From Candidatus Eiseniibacteriota bacterium (GTDB lineage: Bacteria; Eisenbacteria; RBG-16-71-46), in NCBI GenBank assembly GCA_963744995.1, contig CAVUWA010000004.1:160001-224000 (forward strand): a stretch of DNA of 64,000 nt, in the 5' to 3' direction. The notes under the pieces were generated by a model, which saw only the letters and a program-made list of their open reading frames with translations, was not told where the DNA came from and did no database searches. Position 1 is the stretch's first letter, and each line of letters begins with the position of its first letter. Of this stretch, positions 28,941-39,400 are shown piece by piece. Position numbers and translations under genes: made by a program.

Positions 28941-29003
28941 GCCGGTACCTGGAACCGTTCACGTGTTCAGCCCTGATCGCCGCCGTGAGACAGGGCCAGT
29001 GAG

Positions 29004-29030
29004 TGATAGCCTCTTGCATAGACTCTATCA
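29004..29030. repeat. 27-bp dyad site, copy 4
   Basis: TGATAGCCTCTTGCATAGACTCTATCA. Confidence 0.9.
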
Positions 29031-29047
29031 GTGGCGTCGAAGCAATC

Positions 29048-30020
29048 ATGACCGTTAACGAGGCTCTCTTGGTCGAAGTCGACAATCCACCCGATGATCC
29101 GGGAGCGGCGTACGCAGCCGTTCTCGCCCCTCTTTTCGAGTCGGCAGCCAAGACGGCGGCCTTTGATCTGGTCTGCACGCTGTTGCGCGTGGGGGGGTAC
29201 GAGATGGCCGACTGGGATTCGTTCGAAGAGTCTCGCACTGCCTTCAGCGATTACAACTGGCTTCTCGAGAGAGCGCATGGACGAGGAGATACGTCTGCGC
29301 GTCGCGTCGGGCTATTGATGTATTGCCAGGCAGTCGAAATGAACGCGGTCCATGAGATCCTGGTCGAACCTTCTCCGCTTCAAAGCCGGAAATGCTTACT
29401 CTCCTGCGCCATTGCGCCATCTGGGACGTTCTAAGAAGAACCCGATCGGGCTCAAGATGTTCACCAACTACGTACCGCCCAGCGCGAAACAAAGAGTCGG
29501 CGAGATCAAGGAACTCGCGAAACAAGTTGGTTACCCAGAGTTGAACGCAGCCATCGACAGGTTCTTCGACGACCGGGTTCGGAACGCGTTCTTCCACTCG
29601 GACTACACCTTGACCGAGAGGTATTTCCGCTTTCGGGACGGAGGGTTGGCCCGACAGATCGAAGTGGAGACACTCGATAGACTCATTGTCGAGTGTTTCG
29701 CGTTTTGCGGCGTCTTCATGGAGCTCCACGATCAGTGGTTGCACGTGCTCGGGCGCGGGAAGCGGTTCCATCAGTGGCCGAACTACGAGGTGCTCGAGCT
29801 CTTGAGCACGGAGGATGATGGGCTCTACGGCTTCAACGTGCACTTCTCGAACGGCACAAAGGCCACGTACATGAGGCGTAAGCAGTCGGGAACGATGGGC
29901 AGCGTCAATGTCCTGTTCGGCAAGGGCGGCATCAACTTCAACGTCGGCCAGCTCGAGACACTCGAAAAGATGTGGAAGATCGAAGGGAAGCCGGTCGAGG
30001 ACTGGAGCGCGCTCCCATAA
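29048..30020 (+). CDS. HEPN-like protein, one frameshift near 29362
   Basis: Two overlapping ORFs join on deleting one G (HEILSNLLRF); RNAFFH (RxxxxH) motif; ATG 17 bp after dyad copy 4. Confidence 0.55.
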
Positions 30021-30101
30021 TCGCATTGCGAGAATGACGGACGTAGCTGCATGACCACTGCGGAGTAGGCCAGATCCTACCGCTCCGGGTTGGTCACCGA
30101 A

Positions 30102-30128
30102 TGATAGTCTCTTGCATAGACTCGATCA
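30102..30128. repeat. 27-bp dyad site, copy 5
   Basis: TGATAGTCTCTTGCATAGACTCGATCA, 56 bp before the terL start. Confidence 0.9.
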
Positions 30129-30184
30129 TTGGCCCCACCGTGGCAGTCGCCGTGCCGCTCCCGCCCTGATGCAAGGAGGCACTG

Positions 30185-32070
30185 ATGGCGCAATCCACCG
30201 TCGAACTCTGCGCGTCCGCATTCGGGCAGGGCCTCGCCCCCGAGCCGCGCCTCAGCGTGAGCGCCTGGGCTGACACCTTCCGCTTCCTCGAGCAGCACCG
30301 CCTCCGCCGAGCCAGGCCTGTGGCGCACGTCGCGCACGCCCTACCTGCGCGAGATCATGGACTGCCTGTCGCCGTCGCACCCGGCGCAGCGCGTGGTCGT
30401 GATGGCCGGGGCGCAGATCGGGAAGACCGAGTGCGGCAACAACTGGATCGGTTACGTGATCCACCGCGCACCGGGCCCGATGCTGATGGTCCAGCCCACG
30501 GTCGAAGTGGCGAAACGGGTGAGCAAGCAGCGGCTCGCCCCCATGATCGAGGCGACGCCGGCGCTGCGGGAGCGTGTCGCCGAGTCGCGGTCGCGCGACA
30601 GCGGGAACACGGTCCAGGTGAAAGAATTCGACGGCGGCGTCCTGATCATCACTGGGGCGAACTCGAGCGCGGGGCTGCGCTCCACGCCGATCCGGTTCCT
30701 GTTCATGGATGAGGTGGACGAGTACCCGGGCGACCTCGACGGCCAGGGCGATCCGGTGGAGCTGGCCGAGAAACGCACCTCAACGTTCGCCCGCCGCAAG
30801 ATCCTGCTCACCAGCACGCCGACGATCAAAGGACTCTCGCGCATCGAGCGCGAGTTCCTGGAGAGCGACCAGCGACGCTACTTCCTGCCCTGCCCCAAGT
30901 GCGGCCATCTCGACTACCTCGCCTGGCGCGGGCCCGAGCACCACCGCATCGAGTGGGAGGAGGGGCGCCCCGAGACTGCGCACATGGTCTGCGGCGGCTG
31001 TGGGGAGCGAGTGGAGGAGCACCACAAGACCGAAATGCTCACGCGCGGCGAGTGGCGCGCGACCGCGGAGGGCGATGGCCGAACTGTGGGCTTCCACCTC
31101 TCGGCGCTCTACTCGCCCGTCGGCTGGAAGTCATGGGGGCAGTGCGCCGCCGAGTTCCTCAAGGCCAAGGAGGATCCGTTTCGGCTGAAGACCTGGGTCA
31201 ACACCGTGCTGGGGGAGACGTGGGAAGAGCGTGGCGATTCGGTCGAAGTGGGTCGCTCATGGCGCGCCTCGAACGTCATCCCGCCGAGGTGCCGAACGGT
31301 GTGGGCGTGCTCGTGGCCGCGGTGGACGTCCAGGGCGACCGCCTCGAGGTCGGTGGTAAAGGGATACGGCGCGGAAGAGGAGTCGTGGCTCATCGCCTTC
31401 ACTCAGATCCACGGCGACCCGGCGCAAGAAGCCGTGTGGCTCGAGCTCGAGAAGTTCCTCGGAGCAGACTTTCGACCACGAGAGCGGCCACAAGTTGCGC
31501 GTGCGAATGCACCGTTATCGACTCAGGTGGCGCTCACACCGAGCACGTCTACCGGTTCGCGAGGGCCCGGGTCGGCCGACGCGTCTTTCCCATCAAGGGT
31601 GGCAGTGTCGCTGGCAGACCCCTCGTTGAGCGTCCCTCGAGTGCACAACCGATACAGCGTGCCGCTCTTCGTTCTCTGCGTCGATACCGGGAAGGACATC
31701 GGTCTTCTCGCGGCTGCGAATTGGTTCGCATGGCCCGGGATTCGTCCATCTTCCCGAGTGGGTGGACGAGGAGTACCTCGCGCAGCTGACCGCCGAGAAG
31801 GCGATCCGCAAGTACGTCAAGGGCAGAGGGGCTGTACGTGAATGGGTCAAGCTGCGCGAGAGGAACGAGGCGCTCGATCTCGAGGTGTACGCGCTTGCAG
31901 CGCTGCACATCCTCGGGCAGGCGTTCATTCGCAAACTCGCTGCTCGGGCTGCCAAGTTCGCTGTGCCAACGCAGGCGCTTGAGGCGCCGGAGTCGTCTCG
32001 GGCACCACGCAGGGTCCGGCGGCGCGTGGCTCGTCTGCCCAATGCGTGGATAAATCGGTGGCGAAGATGA
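30185..32070 (+). CDS. terL: Terminase large subunit (lambda GpA family), several frameshifts
   Basis: AAGGAGG RBS; TPYLREIMD, AQIGKTE, FMDEVD, STPTIKG, CPKCG, AAVDVQGDRLE, IDSGG, FPIKG, RNEALDLEVYA spread over several frames. Confidence 0.9.
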
Positions 32071-32101
32071 CCTGTGCAATGAGATCAGGGCGACGGGCCA
32101 C

Positions 32102-33016
32102 CTACCTCCAAATCATAGTGCCTGCAGCAGCTCCAACGACGAGATGGAACGTAGCTTTGAATCGTGCGGGAGGTCCATCAGGAGCTGGTCTCAACGAGCC
32201 CGCGATGGTGAGGTCCGGCGAATCGCGAACAAGGGCTCCATCCGGCGTTGCACCGAGAGAGAGTTCCGCGACGCCGGGGCCTTTGCAGTAGAGCTGAGAG
32301 GAGTTTGACGCCTCAGCCATTGACCCTGTGACCTGCTTGAATCCTAGACTGTATTGGTTGGTCAAGAGCGGCACTCCTCCGCCAGTCTGGATTGAGAGCT
32401 CCGCTCGGTGGGCTGGGAGCGTCACAAGATCGGCTGAGAGTGGCGTCACGTAAAGCCTGAGCGTGGCACCCAGGCTCCAGCCAGTCGGACTGTTGGCCGG
32501 GCCGATTCTTACCTCTCCCGACAGCACCTCGATTTCCGGCGCGCGAAGGATCGGAACGAGCATCCGTACGAGATCCGAGTGGACCGCAGTCCTCGTCCGT
32601 GTACCGTCTCGCCAAGGTACCTCGTGTGTCGGGTGTCCCTTCTCGTTCTCCGCGTGCACCGTGCGGATGACATACGGGGGAGTCACTGGATCGAACGCCA
32701 GGACGAGAGCCGCCTCAGCATGCGCGAGCCGCATGACCGGCGCCTCGCCTTGAAAGCACGCGGAGACCTGGTCCCACCATGGGGCAGGATTAGCGTGGTT
32801 CGGGTGGATTTCGCCGGTCTTCTCGTCGACGCCAACCAGCCACAAGTACTGCTCTCCGCGCGCCGCATTCGCCATCCCAGCGATCTGTCGGGCCGCCTTT
32901 TGCGTGTCCTCTGGTAGTTCGCGCTTGAACTCGACGCCATCGTCTTCGCTGGTTGATCCACTTCTGAGCCTGTCGAGCGCACGAAGAGCGCGATGTTCGA
33001 TCTGGACGAGGTTCAT
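32102..33016 (-). CDS. AlbA_2 (Schlafen-like) domain protein with beta-rich C-terminal domain
   Basis: EDDGVEFKR...IAGMANA.G...LVGVDE and PWRDGTRT motifs. Confidence 0.75.
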   Translation of the reverse strand: MNLVQIEHRALRALDRLRSGSTSEDDGVEFKRELPEDTQKAARQIAGMANAARGEQYLWLVGVDEKTGEIHPNHANPAPWWDQVSACFQGEAPVMRLAHAEAALVLAFDPVTPPYVIRTVHAENEKGHPTHEVPWRDGTRTRTAVHSDLVRMLVPILRAPEIEVLSGEVRIGPANSPTGWSLGATLRLYVTPLSADLVTLPAHRAELSIQTGGGVPLLTNQYSLGFKQVTGSMAEASNSSQLYCKGPGVAELSLGATPDGALVRDSPDLTIAGSLRPAPDGPPARFKATFHLVVGAAAGTMIWR

Positions 33017-33237
33017 GTGCACATCCGATGGCCAGGTTGGGAGAGGATTAGGTCGCTCAGTTCGCAGCGGGCAGGTGAGCCGTTGCACACTCCCAATCCG
33101 GTCCCCACAACGCAGAACCGTCACCGCGACCGCGCTTCCCCCGCGGTCAACCAACCCGGCATCAACGGGTCGCCTTGGCGAAGTGATGCAGGCCGTGGAC
33201 CGCCGATCATGTGACCGACTAAGGTCCCTCAACCATG

Positions 33238-33246
33238 TGATATAAC
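33238..33246 (+). promoter_or_regulatory. Possible extended -10 promoter for the DISARM operon
   Basis: TG-A-TATAAC ~70 bp upstream of drmD. Confidence 0.35.
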
Positions 33247-33315
33247 CAGTGCCTCTCGCAACTGTCCTGATTCAACACGCCGAGGGGCATCCCCCCGGCA
33301 GCCTTGGAGCCCTTG

Positions 33316-36300
33316 ATGGCCGCCATCCCCGAGATCGGCCAGCTGGTCCGCGTGCGCCAGCGGCGCTACGTCGTCACAGACGTGCGCCCCAGCGCTCAGC
33401 CGCGCGATGGACTCGTCCTCGCCGAAACCCATAATCTCGTTGAGATTTCCTCCGTCGAGGACGACGCCTACGGGGAGGAACTCTCAGTCATCTGGGAATT
33501 GGAGCCTGGCGCACGCCCAGATGACGCGCGTGACCTCCCGACTCCCACTGGATTCGACGAGCCGGCCCGCTTCGACGCCTTTATGGACGCCGTCCGCTGG
33601 GGTGCGATCGCCTCAGCGGACCTGAAGGCGCTCCAGTCCCCGTTCCGCAGCGGGATCGCCTTCGAGGATTTCCAGCTCGAGCCTGTTGCCCGAGCACTCC
33701 AGATGCCGAGAGCAAACCTCCTCATCGCCGACGACGTTGGCCTCGGCAAGACCATCGAGGCCGGCCTTGTTCTCCAGGAGTTGCTCCTGCGTCATCGGGC
33801 GCGCCGCGTACTCGTGCTGTGCCCCTCCGCACTGCAGATCAAGTGGCGCGACGAACTGCACGACAAGTTTGGGCTTGAGTTCCGTATCGTCGACGCGGAG
33901 TGCATGCGCGACCTGCGTAGGCGCCGCGGGCCTCACGTGAATCCCTGGGGACACCATTCCGCGGCTCATCACGTCGTTCGACTACCTCAAGCGCGATCGC
34001 CCACTCCAGCTCTTCCGCCAGCAGTTGCCGGGCGGAAACCAGCCGAGATACCCGCGCCGCTTCGACCTGCTCATCCTGGATGAGGCGCACAACATGGCCC
34101 CGTCAGGCCGCGGCCGATACGCGACCGATTCCCTACGGACGCAGTTGCTCCGCGAGATCGCGCCGCACTTCGAGCACCGGCTGTTCTTGACCGCCACCCC
34201 GCACAACGGTTACTCGGAGAGCTTCAGCGCTTTGCTCGCCCTTCTCGACGATCAGCGCTTCGTGCGGGGAGTCGAGCCCGACGCAGTGCAGCTGCGCACC
34301 GTGATGGTGCGGCGTCTCAAGGATGAGCCCGAAATTCGCGAGTGGGACGGCAAACGACGATTCCCGGAGCGCCAGGTCGTACCCCTCCAGGTCGACTACA
34401 CGCCCGACGAGCGCGCCCTTCACGTTGATCTGCAGCGATACTCGGAGTTGCTGCTCGATCGCTCGCGCGCCGCCGGCCAGGGCTTCGCGGCCGAGTTCGT
34501 GCTCAAGCTGCTCAAGAAACGGCTGTTCTCCTCGCCCCAAGCGTTCCACGACACGCTTGAAGAGCATGCTCGCACCATGAACTCAAAGGAGAAGGAGGCC
34601 GCCGCGGACGCTTCGGCGCGCGCTCTTGCGCGCCGGGTGGGAGACCTCGACGAGGAGTTCGCTGACGACGAGCATCACGAGGAGTCGACTGCGGAGGCCA
34701 CTCGTCAGGCCTCGCGGATGCTGCCTGCGCCCTCCAAAGAGGAGCGGGCCCTGCTCCGCTCCCTGCGCGAACGTGCGGAACAGGCATTGGGGCGTCCGGA
34801 CGCCCGCGCCGCAAGACTCCTCCGTTGGCTACAGGACACTCTGAAACCCGGCGGCCGCTGGAACGAAACCCGGGTCATCATCTTCACCGAGTACCGCTCC
34901 ACCCAACGCTGGCTCGCCGAGCTGCTGGCAACTGAAGGCTTCGCGGGAGAGGAGCGCCTCGAGCTTCTCTATGGGGGGATGGAGACCAAACGCCGTGAGG
35001 CCGTGAAGGCGGCTTTCCAGGCAAGTCCGGAGGTGGCAAAGGTGCGGATCCTGCTCGCGACGGACGCCGCGTCGGAAGGCATCGACCTTCAGAACCATTG
35101 CCACCAGCTGCTGCACAACGAGATCCCTTGGAACCCCATGCGGCTCGAGCAGCGCAACGGTCGTGTCGACCGTCGCGGCCAACAGGCCGAGGCCGTGCTC
35201 ATTCACCACTTTGTTCCTAAGGGCTACGAAAGCGGGCGTGAGGATCCCCAGGTCCCGGTCGGGCAACTCGAAGGCGACCTCGAGTTCCTTGCTCGCGCTG
35301 TCGAGAAAGTCGAAAGGATTCGGTACGACCTGGGCAAGGTGGGGCCGGTTATTGCGGATCAGGTGTCCGAGGCGATGCTCGGGGTACGTCGCCAACTTGA
35401 TACGCGGACAGCGGAGAGCGATGGCAAGCGCATCCGCGGCAAGCTCACCTTCGAGCGCAAGCTGGCAGAGGACCTCCGGCGGCTCGCCGGGCAGCTCCAC
35501 GAGACGCGCCAGGGTATGCACCTCGATCCCGCCAATATCCACCATGTAGTTGCGACTGGACTTGAGGTTGCAGAGCGACCACCGCTCGAACCCGTCAAGG
35601 TCAGACGCAAGGATCGAGACGGTCACTCCCACACGATCGACGCATGGCACCTGCCGCCCCTCGAGGGAAGTTGGGCTGCCTGCCACGAGGGCCTCGCGCA
35701 CCCCCACACGCACGTGATCCGGCCCATCGTCTTCGATCCTGCGCTCGCTGACGGGCATGATGACGTCGTGCTGGCACACCTTCACCATCGACTGGTGGCG
35801 ATGTGCCTTCGACTCTTGCGCGGCGAGGTATGGAGCAGTACAGGCCGTCGGTTGCTCCATCGTGTGACGGCCCGCATTGCGCCCGATACCGCGTTGCGGC
35901 ACCCGGTGGTCGTTGCGCATGGCCGGATCGTGGTGTTGGGTGGCGACCATCGGCGCGTGCACGAACAGATCATCGCCGCCGGGGGCAGCCTGGAGGAGGG
36001 GCGCTTCGCGCGCCTCAACGTGGGCCAGGTCGACGCCGCGCTCGCAGCCGCCACGGTCGACATGCCAGCCGAGCGGGTGAGCAAGCGCTTTGTCGAGCGA
36101 TGGGCGGACATCCACGAATCGCTGGATCGTGCCCTTGAAGCCCGCATGAAGGCGGTTTCCGAGGGTCTCGCCAAGCGTCTCGGCGAACGCGCCGAGAAGG
36201 AGGCGGATGACATCACCAGCACCCTTGAAGAGCTGGCCCGCGGCATTCGCAAGGAGCTGGAGGCAGAGCCCCCAGAGCAATTGGACCTCTGGCAGGAAAG

Positions 36301-36472
36301 CGAACGCCAACAGCGCAATCGCGATCGTGAAGAGCTGCGCCAACGGCTGGAACGAATTCCCACCGAGATTGCGGAGGAACGCGCGCTCATCGCCAAGCGG
36401 TACGCAGAGTGCAAGCCACGGTTGTTCCCCGTAGCGGTGACATTCATCGTGCCGGCGAGGTTGGCGCGATGA
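33316..36472 (+). CDS. drmD: DISARM SNF2-like helicase, one frameshift near 33957
   Basis: PEIGQLVRVRQRRYVV, LIADDVGLGKTIEAG, DEAH, LTATPHNG, ATDAASEGIDLQ, EQRNGRVDR; operon context. Confidence 0.9.
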
Positions 36473-39400
36473 GCCGGGCCGTCGCGCAACAGCATCTTCT
36501 CTGGCTGCACCTTGCGGAGCACTCTGGCCCGTTCCTGTCCCTGCCCGCCCTGTTGCGCGCATTTCCTCAGGGGCTGGAAAAGCCGCCGCGTGGCGTTGTG
36601 GAGGCCTTGCGCGACCGCAGAGACGAGTGGCGGGCGGCAATCGAGGGACCTCGGCCGGATCTGGCAGTGCACCGCCAATGGTGCCGATTCGTGCTACGCG
36701 AGCTGTTGCGTTGGCCCGACGACTGCGTCCGCGAATCCGGCACCGGCGTCGTGTTGCCAAGTGCGCCCGCACCGCTCAACCGAGAGACGCTGGGCCCTGA
36801 TCTGGCGCTTCTGAATCCCAGCGGGCACGCCCAGGGCGATGCCGTGCGGCTGCTGGTCCAGTTGCATCTACCCGCCCAGGCTCTAGACGAGCCCATCCCA
36901 GGCCGGCCATGGCGCGCAAGCCCTGTGGATCGGATGGTCGAGCTATTGCGAGGAACCGGCATCCGCCTCGGAGTCGTCACCAATGGCGAGCAGTGGCAGC
37001 TCGTGTCACTTGCCCCCGAGAAGATGCCGGGCCTTGCGAACTGGGACGTGGACCTGTGGTTCGACGAGCGGGTGACGCTTGAGGCATTCAGCACCTTGTT
37101 GGAAGCCAAACGGTTCTTCTCGGTCGCGCCCGCGGACACACTCGAGGCCCTTTTTGATGAGAGTGCCGAGCACCAACACGAGGTCACAGACCAGTTGGGC
37201 AAGCAGGTGCGCCGCGCTGTCGAAGTGTTGGTGCAGGCGATTGATCAAGCCGACCGAGATGCAGGTGGTGAGCTGCTAAAGGGCGTGGCGCCCACTGTGG
37301 TTTACGAGGCGGCTCTGACAGTCATGATGCGCCTCGTATTCTTGTTTTCCGCCGAGGAGCGTGGACTCATCGGACAAGGCGTGCCGCTGTACGACCTGCA
37401 CCACGCTGTTTCGACCTTGCGTGAGCAGCTTCAAGACAGCGCCGATCAGCACGGGGAGGAGACTCTCGAGACCCGTCACGACGCCTGGGTCCGGCTCCTG
37501 GCGACGTTTCGCCTCATTCACGGTGGGGCGTCGCACGAGGACCTGAGCGTTCCAGCCTATGGTGGCTCGCTGTTCGACCCGGATCGGTTCACGTTCCTCG
37601 AAGGCAGGCCGCCGGGGACGCACTGGCGGCACAAACCAGCCGAACCGCTGCCGGTGTCGAACCGCACCGTGTTGCACCTGCTCTCGGCCCTGCAGGTGAT
37701 CAAGGTCAACACGCCCGGCGCCGGTGGGGAAGTGCGGCGCCTGTCATTCCGTTCTCTCGACATTGAGAACATTGGCCACGTCTACGAGGGTTTGCTCGAT
37801 CACACGGCACTTCGCGCGTCCCTGCCGAATGCACCGATCCTGGGTCTCGTCGGCAAGTCCGAGCCCGAGATCCCACTGCCCACACTTGAGGGCGTGAAGC
37901 AAAAGGGTGAACAGGCGCTGATCAGGTACTTGAAAGACGAAACCGGCAAGAGCGCCAAGTCCATCGAGCGCGCACTTGCTCAACCGGTCATGCGTGACGA
38001 GGCCCGCGCACTTCGCGCCTGTGGGCAGGATGCTGGGCTCTACGAGCGGGTCAAGCCCTGGCTGGGAATGGTGCGAGATGACACGCTGCAGTACCCGATC
38101 ATTGTGCCGGAAGGCAGCGTGTACGTGACTGCGGGGGTGGAGCGGCGCAGCACGGGGACATACTACACACCGCGCTCTCTCACAGAACCGATCGTGCGAC
38201 ACGCCCTTGAGCCTGTGGTCTTCGAAGGTCCGGCCGAGGGGCTGGCGCCCGAGGAGTGGCGCCTGCGCCCCCCGGATGAGCTGCTCAGCCTCAGAGTGTG
38301 CGACTTCGCCATGGGATCGGGCGCGTTCCTGGTGCAGGCCTGTCGCTACTTGGCGGAGCGGCTGGTCGAGGCCTGGGAAGCAGTGGAGAGAGGGGCTCCG
38401 GCTGGGGTGCGAATCACTCCCGAGGGCGAGCGCTCTCGTGGCGCTCCTAGCGAACGGCTGATCCCGGTCGACGCCGACGAGCGGCGAATCATGGCCATGA
38501 GACTTGTGGCCGATCGCTGTCTCTATGGTGTGGACAAGAATCCGATGGCAGTGGAGATGGCCAAGCTCTCGTTGTGGCTCGCCACCCTCCAGAGAGATCG
38601 GCCATTCAACTTCCTCGACCACGCACTGCGAGCCGGCGACTCGCTGCTAGGTGTGTCTCGGGCGGAGCATCTCGAGTTCTTTGACCTCCAGCCTGCGGCC
38701 GGACAGCAGATCACGATTCTCAGCGAGATGGTGCGGCCAGCACTTGCCGCGGCGGGCGCGAGACGCCGCGAGTTGGAGAGCTTCCCAGTACTGGACATTG
38801 CCGACGCAGAGCGCAAGGCGGCGCTGCTCGCCGAGGCGGACGCAAAGCTGGCAGATTTGCGAGCAATCGCTGACCTCCTCGTGGGCTGCTCGCTTGCTGG
38901 TCAGCGTCGTGGAGTTGACCGGAAGGCGCTAGTCGCCGCGGCTCGAGAGCGGGTGGCCTCTGCTCTTGACGTCCGTAGTTCGCCCGATGACCGGCGCACT
39001 CGAATTGCTGAGATAGAAACCGAGGCGCGTCACCTTCTGGATGACGGAAAGCCCCCGAGCCTGGCGTCCCGCCAACCGTTCCATTGGGCGCTCGAGTTCC
39101 CCGAGGTGTTCGAGCGCGGGGGCTTCGATGCCATGGTGGCGAACCCACCATTTCAGGGCGGCCAGAAGATCACGGGTTCGCTTGGCACAGACTATCGCGA
39201 CTACCTGGTCCAGGTGATTGCGGCAGGCCGTCGCGGCAGCGCCGACCTCGCCGCATATTTCATGTTGCGCGTGGCCCACCTGCTTCGGGACGCGGGGACG
39301 CTAGGGATGATTGCCACGAACACGATCGCACAGGGTGCCACTCGCGAAGTCGGTCTCGAGCAGCTCCTCGGCGACGGTTTTGTGAGCCCCCGTGCGGTGG

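Noticed and set aside
24263..30128. Dyad repeats as a CRISPR array or classical integron attC sites
   Set aside because: Spacers are 0.5-2.2 kb and contain genes, and no cas genes are present. The sites are only 27 bp, lack RYYYAAC/GTTRRRY ends, and there is no IntI-type integrase nearby.
27056..30128. Recurring minus-strand peptide IESMQ(E/K)(A/T)I in short ORFs
   Set aside because: It is simply the translation of the DNA repeat; the surrounding ORFs share nothing else.
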